Part shown: piece after piece, positions 26,735 to 38,539 of the stretch
How positions within the stretch are numbered: the first letter of the stretch is position 1
Layout: each line of letters starts with the position of its first letter
Origin: Sphagnum compactum
Lineage: Eukaryota
Direction of reading: 5' to 3'
Assembly: GCA_965153455.1 (NCBI GenBank)
Contig: OZ234494.1
Span: forward strand, 5,580,001 to 5,644,000
DNA: 64,000 bases
Program-made: the position numbers and the translations under genes
Notes under the pieces: model-generated
Told to the model about the DNA's origin: nothing
What the model saw: the letters and a program-made list of their open reading frames with translations, nothing else
Databases searched by the model: none

Positions 26735-29700
26735 ATGGGAAGCGTGAAGAGGCGCGGCGGTAATACAAGGCCGGCGGGAGTCGAGACCCGGCGCGAGGAG
26801 CTCGAAGTTGTGGGGTTTCGGTGCCGATTTTTCGATGATGATGCGATGGCGGATTTCGTGAACTCGGGCCACGGTTTGCAGTCGTGGAACGGGGATGAGA
26901 ACAATCTGATGGTGGACCGATTCGATGTCCGGCACTTGTTGTCAGATGCCAGCGTACTGAGGAGGCGACGCAGTCGCGCTCCATCCCCTGATGTCAGCGA
27001 CCAGGAGCTAGATTTCGAACGCTACAGAGACTTGGAGGAAGCGGCTGCGGATGGGGTTTTGGACAACTCTCTGCTTGATGAGGGTATGATCCCATTTCTA
27101 CATTTTGTGTGTTGTTTGTGGATTTTTTTCACGTTGTATCGAGTTTTGTTTTGGTATTGCAAACCCTGGTAGGATTTTATTCTCACCATTACTTAATATT
27201 GCGGCATCGCCGAGTCCTTATCTGTTTGAATGCGAAAAACTAAGAAGAACAAACGCTTCTGGACGCATGGCACGGTTCAAAAGCCGAAAGAACTGTGCAT
27301 GAAAGGCCTTTGTCATCTTCTTGTTGGGTTGGGGAGGGAAAGGTTTAGGGTTAGACTGTTATGCCCTCAGAGCTTGCTTCTGAAAATCATTCTTATGAAG
27401 CTAGAAACTCATGCCACCAGGGGGGCACAGCATAGGGTTGAGAAGCCTAGCACAATCATTCTGAACCATAATATAGAATTCATGCACTTCAGTAGCTGCT
27501 TCTATATAGCAGGCTTCACATTAGGACTGCTCGATATTCCTGATTATGAAGAGTAGGATCATTGGGCATAGTTTTCAATTTCCAAGTATTTCCATCTGTA
27601 GTGTCTTGAGTCTGTTGTACTTGTGGATCAATTCATGAGCTTCATGGTTGGTTGATTCTGTTAGGATGTTGTGTGGACCTACTCTAGCTGTGTATGTAGA
27701 GTAGTAGCAACTTATGTCCTAGCTTGTCACAATCTGGTTTGTCTAGTGCAGATTGGCGCATGTGAAGGCAGGGGTTTTTAGGGTTAGGACAAAACTGATA
27801 TATATAATTTTTTTCGGAGGAAGGAGAAAGGGTGAGTTTTATCTTACTTGGGAAGTGACATGTATCTTACCCAGGAAATGTGGCATGCTTACCTTTTATG
27901 ACTTTGCAAGCATGCAGGCAGGCTCGTGTTTTTGCGTTCCTTCATAGTCTACGAGCAAGTGTAAGAGGCTTCCTTTCCATGTTCACTACTTCCTCTGTCT
28001 CTGTCTCTCTCTGTCTCTGTTGGTTTTGGTTCACCGTGGGGCCATCTCTTTACTCATTTTGAAAGCTTTGTGCTGGTGAGATCACTTCTTCAGTATGATG
28101 CTGGGAAGGTGCTTTCACCAGGTATTCTGTTTGATTCAATCCTCACAAAGCTACTGGAACAACAGATGCAGAAGTGGGGAGAAGCCGAAGTGGAGGATAC
28201 CAGAGTGTTGGTTTCAACTACAACAATGCTGTGGGTGACAAGGCAAGGCCTTCAGGAGAGCCCTCAGAGGGGCCATTCTTCTCTCCACCATTTCCAGTTC
28301 CTGAGGATTTGCTGACAGCACTTGTAAGTTTGAACTGCCTCTCCTGTGTCACATTCTCCTATATTTATAAATGTGGTCTATCAGCATATTCTGTGATGTT
28401 TGTTGCGTGGCTTAAGGAGTCAAGCATTTGGCCAGCAGGAGGGAGCCCTTGAGCACAATGGGAAAAGTTTTATAACATCCCTAACAGGGTCGTGCTGTAT
28501 GGGCAATCTAATACACATGTGGGGGTTTCAGGTGGCCTGCTGAAGAGAGGGACCAAAGTGTAATTTTGAGGGGTCATTTGCTTCAATTTGACCTACGTGG
28601 CAGTGTGCAGGTGTGCGTGCGAGTGCATCTTTTGCAAAAGCCTCATACCTGCTGACTCTCCTTGCTGGTGGAGATCAAGAGTCTATATTTCACATGTCTG
28701 TCATCCACAGCTGCTGGGTTATATCTATCTGAAATGTAACGGGCACTTTGGCTTGACAGTTTCTTGCTTTGAGTCCTAAGCACCTCTTTCTCCTCTCTCT
28801 TGTCCATGCTGTCGGCAATCACCACCTAATTACCACCATGGTGGTTTGAAGCCGGGGCATGTACAAGGACTCTTACATTGCTTACAGTGGTGGCCATGTC
28901 ACTGTAAGCTGGTATAAAAGTGTCATGTCTTTAGCATTCTGAACCTGTGATCTTGTGTGTGCCTGTTTTGCTTGTGCAGCCACCCTCTGAAAAGCTCCAT
29001 CAGATCATGGCAGGCACAGCCAAGTTTGTCTCTGAGCATGGTGGCCAGGCAGAAATTGTGCTCAGAGTAAAGCAAGCTAAAAATCCTACTTTTGGTTTCT
29101 TGATGCCAGATCATCACCTTCATCCATACTTCAGATTTCTGGTTGATCATCCTGAGCTTGTGCGGGCGTCCTCTGAGAGGAAAAGTCCTGCTGCAGAATC
29201 AAGTGCAAATCCAGTGGAGGGTGCACTGTCAATTCTTGGAGCTACATATGGAGGGGAAGAAGAAAATGATGGTGAAGAAGAGAATATGGCTGAAACTAGT
29301 ATCTCTAGGGATGGGAATATCAAGCAACTGCTTGGAGACCTGCAAATTGAGACAATGAGCAATCTGAACCACCAACTAACCAAGATGGATGGGAACAGCA
29401 GTGTGGCTGATGAATCTCTAGAAGTCTCAGACAAGCAACGTAAGTGTTGCAGCAACCTCCTGACCCCTTTCTAATGAAGACTATCTGGAATGTGTCCATT
29501 GAAATTAGTTTGTCTGATTCCTTTGTCTGGTCCCTTGGGAATCAATGGACATTCAATGCGTTTGATTGAGCATAGAGTTCTGGGTTTGTAATCATTAGAT
29601 GGTATTTCTTCTGGTAGTTATGAATCCTTGGTTTGAGATTGATATTGTTTCCTGAAGGTGAGAAAGGTGACAAGCTTGTGGGGTAGCTCAATTTCAAATA

Positions 29701-32700
29701 GTTCCTGTCCCATCCAAAATGATGTAGTTGTTGGTCATGGGTGCATGTCATTGCTGCATGCTCCAAACTTCAAGTTGACCTGTTGTATGTAACCTTGTAC
29801 TGTATCAGAGACATCAGACAGAGGCACAACAGTTCTTGCTAAGGAGGTTCATAGTCTTGGAAGCCAGAAAGCAACCAGCAACTCAATAATCAAGATACCT
29901 GTTTCCCTAGGACCTGAATTGAGAAACAACTCAAGAATGGAGGATGTAACTGTTGATGATCCAAATGCAATTGGGACTGCAGCTGGTGGGATGGCTGAGT
30001 ACAAAGAGCCACCAATTCACCTAAAGCGTATCATTGACAAGATGGTTGAGTTTATCTCACGCAATGGGAAGGAGTTTGAGGGGATAGTGCGAGAACGTGA
30101 TAAAACTGATGGGCGGTTCCACTTTTTACTTCCCTGGAATGAGTATCATCCATACTACCTCCAGAGTTTGGAAGAGTCCCTACAGGTAAGTTTTTGAGAA
30201 CACCAAAAGAATAGAAGCCCTTGCTTAAGTTGAGGATGGAAATATGTAATATTCACTGACCACTCAGGCTACCTGTCCAACTTTGTCATTACCTGAACTT
30301 GTCAAGAGTTGTGTACATTTGGACTGGTTTTTCTAGGTCTGTTGAACAATTAAGCCATTCTTTTAAAAGGTTTTGAGTGTCAAGTCTTTGCTGCCCATAG
30401 TCATTAAACCACTACAACTAGACCCTTTTGTGTGGTCATGTTCTCATGAAACCTGTGGGAGTTCGCTGCAACAGAATTCCAGCAATCCTCAGGGAGGAGC
30501 ATTTGCTGGCGAAGTTGATGCTTGGCATGCAGTTGCTGAAGAACTGTGTAGATAACTTAGCCTAGACATTACCCTGCTACATAATGGGACTCTACTGCGC
30601 TGTTTGGACTTGATATTTTAGATTTTCACCTGAGTTTTATCTCTGCTGGCAGTAGCCAGAATCCTGTGGGTTTTGATAAAAAAAATTGTTTCAGCTGGAA
30701 ACTTCTTGCTGATGTTCCTGCATTGTTCAGGATTTGTGGAAAATTAGAAAGCCTTGTTTTGTTGGAGTAGAAAACCCTTGAAATACAAGGCCATTGGATA
30801 TTATATCCTGGCTCTGAATTGTTTCACATGTCAAGTGTACAGGTTATGTGCATCATTGATGTAGTTGAAGGTGCGTTTTGGCATGTGCCCCAGATACCCT
30901 ACCATGTGATGTCATCCAATCTTTGTTAGTATGGAAGTTAATTCAGCACCGATCATGAGATTAGGGCAATGGCACTTGGGGAGGTTGATACTGTATACAA
31001 AGGCAGGCTAAGGACATAAATGCAACCAAAAACAAATGTAGACAGGGCTGTGACTGCTTCTTTGGCCATCTGGATGGACTGTGTAATCTTCTCATGTGTA
31101 ATCCCAAAGAATTGTCCCCCAAAGGAGTGGGAATATTAGGCTCTACTATTATACTTGTTGCTCTGGGTGTGGCAAGCTGTTTCATTTAGGGGTGGATCTA
31201 TTTCCATTGAATTACTCATGTCAACATCACTGAAAGTGGCTGCTGTGAGAGCTGTGCATGTCTTGCACAATCTCTTTGTTGGGTGTGTTTGTCTGACTCT
31301 TATGCTTGGTCCCACATGTTGAGAAACAACTGTTGGACGTTAAGTTGCATCATGAAGAAGAAGTTTCTCAGGGGTTCTTCCTCCTGTTTACTTTAGGTTG
31401 TAGGCCTTGTGCAAGTTTGTTGAAAAGGGTCCAGTTGTGAGAAGAAAGTGAGTTGTTATTGGTGGGTTCTTCTGTCTGGCTGAAGCTATATTATCTTGAA
31501 ATGTTTTTTTGTTGTTAAGCAGGGTTTTGAGCTTCTAATAAGATTTTCTGCATGTGGCTTGGCAGGCGAGGGAATCTGCTCTGCAGCAAGCTGGAAAAGG
31601 CAAGGGAAGTGACTCCAACAGTGGAGAGGCTAGTCCCCTTGCATTGCAGCCTCTCAGTTCTGAACTGCAACCCCGTGATAGGAAGGATAAGGTCATCCTT
31701 ACTCTCTCCAGAGAGCCATTTGTAGCAACAGATTTAGGTGATGTAATTCGAAGAGAGAAAGGAGGCAAAGGGGCTGCTGAGTCTCATGGATGTGTCCCAC
31801 CTAAGGATATCAGTGGGACTGGTGGGATGAGTTCTGCAGCAGCTGCAGCTGCTGTAAGAGCTGTAACACGCAGGCAGCCCCATTTTGCTGCTGACAAAAA
31901 TGGAGAGCAGGAAAATGGTGGCTATGGGAAGAGCATAGATGCAGTTGCTGCTGCAATCAGGGCTGCCACTAATGGGTCAAAAAAAGTCAGCTTGGCAAGA
32001 ATAGATGGTTCCGGAGAGTTGTCCAGCTCTGGGAGAGCTGCACTAGCTTCTGCAACTACTGACATGGCAGTAGCAGCTTCTGGTGAAAGCAGAGAAGCTG
32101 AGGAGAGTAATGGCTCCAGGCATGGTGGGAATGATGCCCAGGGTCATTCACAACACAACTCTGGAACTCCTGATCCAACATCTTGGGTGTCCATGCACAG
32201 GGGTGAGGCTGATATAAGTGCTGCCAAGCTGGTTGCTAAGGCAGCCTCAAAGGCTGCAACTCATGAGGGTGATTCAATTGATGCACACCTGAACCCGGAG
32301 GAGAAGCGCAAAGCTGAGCGGCTAAAAAAAGCAAAGATGTTTGCAGCAATGATTAAAGAGGGATCTGAAACTGGATTCAATTCAGTGGGCATTTCTTTTT
32401 CTATTCCAGCTGATGTTGACAGCCAGGGAGCCACATCTGGTAGCACACATACTCTCCAGAAATTGGAGTCCTTGAATGCTGTAAATGATGTGCAGGCTGT
32501 TAGAACTGATGCAGGAGATATGAGTCAGAATGTGGGTCTCGGCATGATGGGTGCCTCAAGTACAGGTGTGGGTGATGGTGTGGTCAATGAAAGTTCAAAT
32601 TTCTCAAGCTTGAAAGTTGATGGAACTAACGAGATGGATCTGCATCGTCATAGACACCACAAGAGGAAAAAGTCTAATGTTGGTTCTGAAGAAAAAGAGA

Positions 32701-33080
32701 GGCACAAGCAGAAGAAACACAGCAGCCATAGTAAACGATCAAAGCATAAGGAGACAGCTTTGATTACAGATGAAGAGGACAGGGGTCATCATCACAAGAA
32801 GCACAGTAGCAGACGTCGCCGTCGAGAATCAGGCTTGTCAGATGAAGACGAAGAGGGTTCTCACAAAAGGCACAAGGAGCATAGGTTGAAGAGGCACACT
32901 GTAGAAACTGGAGTAGTTGCTGATCAAGGAAAACTAAAATCCAATTCAAGTCTAGTGGCCAGTCCTCTTAAAGAAGCATTTGTTAAGGAAGCTCCCCTTC
33001 CTTCAGAATCTGTCACAGTAGTCGATGTTCCTGATGACATCCGGGCAAAAGTTAGGGCTATGCTGTTGCAGATGAATTGA
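26735..33080 (+). CDS. SFSWAP: Suppressor-of-white-apricot (SWAP/SURP) family splicing factor; exons 26735-27083, 28166-28323, 28980-29439, 29809-30185, 31566-33080 (952 aa)
   Basis: N-terminal DRY_EERY-type domain (FFDDDAMA..VDRFDVRHLL..LDFERYRDL); SURP1 (HQIMAGTAKFVSEHGGQAEIVLRVKQAKNPTFGFLMPDHHLHPYF); SURP2 (IIDKMVEFISRNGKEFE...FHFLLPWNEYHPYY); KAERLKKAKMFA; H/K/R/S-rich tail ending VPDDIRAKVRAML. All GT-AG junctions keep frame (2859 nt). Confidence 0.92.
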
Positions 33081-34218
33081 TAATCTCTGTTGTACATGCA
33101 ATATGGAATGTAACAATTGTGTTTCCAGACCTGAAGAAGCAGTGAAGATCTTTGGTGTCTGCAATCCTGTGTCTGGTGTAACTTCAAACATATCCTGGTG
33201 ATTCTATTTGATCCACAGGTGGATTTTCAGAGTGTCAGGTTTGTTTTGGGATCCATAATATATTCTGTGCCTTTTCTTGGGTCTTTGATGTCAGAGGTAC
33301 TTGACCAGGAATGCAATCTTTGAAAATTCAATATGGGTGCACATGTCAGTGGTACTCATCTGCATTAACGACACTAGATGTAATCAATCAATCTAGTTTG
33401 TTTCTTTAAAAATCTAGCTGCATTTCCAGGGCAGTGATGCTGGCAGCTTTCACAAAAGCAACAAGCTGATCATTGGCTGAGGATTGTGTTATGATTGTGA
33501 AGCTTGCAGTGATCATCGAAGTAAGTACCTGTCAACTCCTACCCACTCTTTGGTTTGCATGGTGACCAAATTGGATTGTTGATTAATCTTTGACACTTCT
33601 GTTGTTAGCTTGTCCAAATTGACTGTGACAACCTAGCTAGATTTCTTTCTGAAACTCTCCTCCCTTGAGCCTGAGGGAACAAGGCTGGCAATCTCAGAAA
33701 GGTATGAAAGAACCACTTTCTCCTAGGGTTGTTCTTTGACAATCCAGGAAATGTTTGGGGGTCCAATCTGAAGCTCATGAAGAAGAGGCAGAAGACAAGG
33801 AGTGTCGTTTCAACAGGTGGCAGTGTAGCAAAAGAAGCAAAAGGTCTGGGAATGACTGGGATTTTTGAAGGTTTAGGAATGGCTGAGTTGCTATGATGGG
33901 ACTGGACCTGAATCCAAAAACGTTGTTGATTTCTGCAACAACAACAATAACACGTCCTCATGATTGCTGATGCCAGGAAATAAAATTTGCAGAAAACATG
34001 CTGATGCAGACAGTGGAATTGTCAGACTTCCAAGGCAAAGTTTGCTTCATTCCGCTTTTGCCGAGTGTGGTAGTTTACGGTTGGTTACTGGTACTGCAGC
34101 TAACGATAGTGGTGGGGCAGCTGGGAAGGGCTGGCCACTTCGAAGAGATGGGTCGACAGGGTAGCATATCTTCGATGGGTGGACGGGGTAGCACAGCAGC
34201 AGCTCTCTCTCTCTCAGT

Positions 34219-34478
34219 TGCATGCGCTTTCTTCTCTCCCCACATCCATCTGCAGTCCCATCTGCAGCTGGTTTTGGAAGGTTATACCATGCACCCATGT
34301 GTCCCCTGCCAACAAGTCCCGGGATTGGTTGCAACGAACTGACTTGCAGCAGAAGTGTCTCCTTCAGTGTCACCCAGCAGACGTGTCTAGACGCTTCACC
34401 ATTGCATCCACTCAGCATCCTCTCCCATACCAGTCAGTACTGGAGCTGGCCAAGGATATACCCAGATGGTTATATAAA
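34219..34478 (+). promoter_or_regulatory. ABA-type promoter module: RY (TGCATG 34219, CATGCA 34288), ABRE (ACGTGTC 34381), TATA (TATATAAA ~34470)
   Basis: The motifs are read directly and lie 150-400 bp upstream of the LEA-like ATG at 34628. Confidence 0.6.
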
Positions 34479-34627
34479 CAACCCATCTTCTCCTTTCCTC
34501 GAACGGGAATCCCTCAAGCTTTTTCTTCAGTTGCGAGTAGCTTGTAAACTGAGCTGCGGTTGTGTGAGCAAAGGTTGTGCAGTTTGTGGGTTTCCAGGGG
34601 GCTCAGTCAGTCACGAAAAGAAGTGTC

Positions 34628-35161
34628 ATGGCGGACTATGGGGGCGATGATAGTCAGAGAAGGAGCGGCAGCGGCCTCACCGAGAAGGTGACGCAAACGC
34701 TGGGCAAAGTCGTGGAGGGAGTGGGTGCTGGCGGCGGGCTCCGTTCGGGAGAGAGACAAGCCGGTGGTACCGACCCTACTTCTGGCTACGGTATGGGGGC
34801 CGGAGGCGGACTTGGGTCTCAGCAACAGGATCCGGACGATCCGGGACTAGCAACTGGTGCCGGAACTGAAAGCTATGGAATGGGGATGGGAGCGGGGACC
34901 ACGCCTGGATCCACGACCATGGGTTACGGTGGAACAGGCACCGGCGCAGGAGGGGGCGGAGCTGGAACCGATCCTTACGGTACCACTGGGACCAGAACCG
35001 GCAGCGGAATGGGAATGGGAACCGACCCTTACGCAGCAGCTACGGACCAACCTGGGATGCGGCAGCAGCAGCAGGGAACAGGCGGGTACGATGATCAAGG
35101 ATCATTGCTGGAGAAGGCGAAGGAGACGCTTTCCAATATCACAGGAGGACGTAGGGAGTAG
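34628..35161 (+). CDS. Intronless Gly/Thr-rich hydrophilic LEA/dehydrin-like protein (177 aa)
   Basis: MADYGGDD...; repeated GTDP(Y)/GYGMG motifs; amphipathic K-segment-like helices LTEKVTQTLGK and SLLEKAKETLSN; GC-rich codon usage; ABRE and TATA upstream. Confidence 0.8.
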   Translation: MADYGGDDSQRRSGSGLTEKVTQTLGKVVEGVGAGGGLRSGERQAGGTDPTSGYGMGAGGGLGSQQQDPDDPGLATGAGTESYGMGMGAGTTPGSTTMGYGGTGTGAGGGGAGTDPYGTTGTRTGSGMGMGTDPYAAATDQPGMRQQQQGTGGYDDQGSLLEKAKETLSNITGGRRE

Positions 35162-35340
35162 TATTACGAGCTTGAAATGATGGTGGCGGCAACAGCAGCA
35201 GTAGGTAAGATAAATTCTTCAACAGAACTGCTGCAAAACTGCTGCAATTGGAGTTGTTGATGTTCATTGCTGCCATGGGTTTGTAGAAGAAGATATGCAA
35301 TACTTTTTCTTTTGGAGGAAATTTAGTAGTAAAATTGTCA

Positions 35341-35872
35341 AAGTCTGCAAGTAGGGTGATGATGGTGTAGAGAAGAAAAACATTCTGGGTGCTTGATTGT
35401 TATAGAGACAATAATTCTCAAGTCTGCAACGTAGGTGATGATGGTATAGAGAAGAAAAAACATTCTGGGTGCTTGATTGTTATAGAGAAAAACATTCTTG
35501 AGTCTGCAAGTCTAGGTGATGATGGTATAAAGAAAATGCTCTGGGTGTTTGATTGCTATAGAGAAGAAAATTCTAAGTCTGCAAGGAGGTGATGATGGTA
35601 TAGAGAAAAAAAAACTTTGGTTGTTTGATTTTTATTGATACGAAAATTTTCAAGTCTGTGAGTAGGTGATGATGGTATAGAGAAGAAAATTACTTTGGGT
35701 GTTTGATTGTTATAGATAAAAAAATTTGAGTCTGCAAGTAGGTTTTGGTGGTGTAGAGGAAAAAACTCTTGGTGCTTCATTGGTGGTTCCTTGTTATATA
35801 GAAGAATATTCTCTAGTCTGTGAGTAGGTGATGATGATATAGAGGAAAAATCACTCTGGGTGTTTGGTTGTT
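35341..35872 (+). repeat. Tandem array of 7 degenerate ~75-87 bp units downstream of the LEA-like stop codon
   Basis: Consensus (a/g)agtctgcaagtaggtgatgatggtatagagaagaaaaa..tctgggtg(c/t)ttgattgttatagaga; units start at ~35341, 35420, 35500, 35575, 35652, 35728 and 35815. Confidence 0.92.
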
Positions 35873-37006
35873 TGAGTGCGTTACTTTGGTTTTTTGGGTG
35901 GGTTGCAGGTCGTAAGAAAGCACCGGGTTTTGAAGTGGACAGTAAGTTTGGAATCTGAAAATTAAGGAAGTTTCTGCTGCTGCTGTTGCATCTGCAAACT
36001 GGTTGTGAATATGCAGGGCAGGCAAGGGTTGTTAGAATGAATGTGAGCTTTTAGAATTAGAAAGTATATACAAAAAAGAGTATAGAAAGTTTGCAATTTT
36101 GAAGGGTACCTGCTTCTTGAAGGTGTGGGAAAGGAGAGAAGGATCTGTAGCAAAACAAGCAAGGTGTGTGAAGAAGAAATGCTGCAATTTGGAAAAAATG
36201 TTGATTAGTTTTGCTCTGATTATAATCTGAATTTGTTTTGCGTTTTGTGTAAGTGCATGTGATACAATATTGTCCAATTTCCAAATCCTTTTTAAACCTT
36301 CATAGATGTTTTGCAAGTGGTGGAAAAATTGGGGCATAGAATGAAATCTTGTCATATTCAATGTGCACGAAATAAAGCGGTAATCTCTCAGCATGCATTG
36401 TTGATTGTTAATTAGATATCAAATGGAGAAAGTGATTTTCAAGTAATGAATCATTGCTGAATTGCACCATAACCACAAGTCCGCTTTAGTTTGAAAAAGG
36501 TTCCTATTGTAAGTACTGGGTTTCATGCAGATTCTTTGTTCCCTTCACATAGAATCTCCTATACACAAGACCCCATAGTGGCCCTTAAAAACCTCACAGG
36601 AAATAATACATTACTGGCAATTTAATTCATACAAACTGTTGCTTAATTTAAAAATAGAGCAAGATTTTTTGTGCAAGATTTGAGGCAGTTAAATGATATC
36701 ACCTGGGTGTCTACACAGAGTCCTTGAGTCTCCAGGCATTGTTTAAAATGATGGCCTCTAATTGTACACAGGGAGTGGTGCATTATAAAAATGTGAACTA
36801 GAGCTCAACTATTGCCTTGTGTTGGGCCCCAATTTGAGAACTTGGCAATATTACCCATTGTTGGGGTTGTAAAATGTACCTTAAATCCTGAAAAGATATC
36901 TCCTATATTAAGTACCATATGATGAAAGTTTGAACAAAAGTTGCTGAGTAATAAGTTGTTTATATAGAGACAGAAAAAGCAAATTGTGTACCTAAATGTG
37001 TCTCTC

Positions 37007-37036
37007 AGAGAATAAGAGAGAGAGAGAGAGAGAGAG
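37007..37036. repeat. (GA)n microsatellite
   Basis: agagaataagagagagagagagagagagag. Confidence 0.85.
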
Positions 37037-38539
37037 CTCCACACCACCCCTTCTCTAGTACTGGGCTTGCATTGAGATGTTAAGTCTGGTGGAATCAGCT
37101 TCACAGGCTAGCATGTTTTGGGTGGAATAATACTCTGATCCTTGAAAAAGGTAAAGCCCCAGGGTGAGGGCATTCCCAAACTAAGGGACCTAGGATGAGA
37201 GCTCCACATTCTAAGGAATCTCCCTAACATATAGGCCTTTCCCAAGACAAACAATACCGTAAAGCACTCAAAGAAAATTCATAGTTTATGTGGAGGGCAC
37301 CTTATATCCATGAATTTTTCTTGTAAAAAAAAGGGAAGGATATTATGCTTACTCCTCAAGGGTGGGAGGGAAATTATGCCTACTTATAGGTGTAAGAGCC
37401 CTCCCATTATTGAGGAGTAGGCATAAGAATCCTCCCATTCATACACCTCATCATCTGCGAAGGTTTGATTCATGATAAATTGATTCATGATAAATTTCAC
37501 CACGTGCTTCACAATAGGTAAAGCCCATGGGTGGGGGACATTCTCCAAGTGGGAAGCTGGAATCGGCTATCACTTCATCATAGGCCCCTTATTTTGAAAA
37601 TGCCCCACCTTAGGGCTTCACCTTACACATAAAACACTCCATAATTTGCGTTAGTGGAAGGTACCTTATCAACCAGAATCCACAAGTAGGCATTATAAAA
37701 AGAGCAATGCCCATAGTTGTTTCCCTTTTCAAAATACCCATGTAATTTTATTTTATTTTATTTTACTTACTGTGATACCCAGCAGGTACCAGTTGGGTAT
37801 CATGGTAAAAGAATTTAACAAAAAAGTGTCCAGTTTTACGCCAGGTAACACCCTTGGGCCAAGGCATTTTCGAAATAACAGGCCCCAAGGAAATGCTCCA
37901 GCCCTAGGTTGCTAGCTTACACATAAAGAACTTGAAAAAAATTCCCAATTTTTTTAAAATATAAATTTAATAAAATTTAAAGTTAAAGATTAAATTTAGG
38001 GTGTTTTTCTGTTATTGAAGTTGGGTGTTACATTAGTTGGGTAGTCCAAAGAATAAAAGTTTAGAAGTTTATGGGCCCTTAATTTTTGCACAATAGTTTT
38101 TAAAAATATATATAGGTTGTGTTAAACCCAGAGAGTAAGGATGATGATATCGAAAGTTATGACAAAATTAAAGTTCAAATATCTTTTGAAATGGGACTTG
38201 CTTGTTTGTAACAGTTCATTATCTTTTTCCATTTGATCTGTCCAATCTTAAGTGATTGGCTGTATAGTTTTAAAATTATTGTGTTGTAATAGACAATTTT
38301 TAAAATGTGGAACCTATCAACAATTGCGCAAATAAGTCCCAATCTAATATTTTGGTATTAGAATGTTTAGGTCCTGTTGAATCCAATAATTTAATGATCG
38401 TGACACATAGACCTATAACAAAGTTAGGGTTTGGCCTTGGTATAATGCCCTAGCAAAGGACTTTTTGAAAAGTTTCTTACTTTTTTCTTTTTCGTTTAAT
38501 ATTATGTGATTAGTTTTGTAGATTTACGAGTGCCTTGTA

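Noticed and set aside
35341-35872. CRISPR-like array or C/D snoRNA cluster (GTGATGA resembles a C box)
   Set aside because: The context is eukaryotic, there are no unique spacers or cas genes, and no CTGA D box is paired with the C-like motif in the units.
38422-38433. TTAGGGTTT near the 5' end of the RLE element, suggesting telomere-repeat targeting as in Cnl1/MoTeR
   Set aside because: It is a single unit, such motifs are scattered throughout the window, and there is none at the 3' junction.
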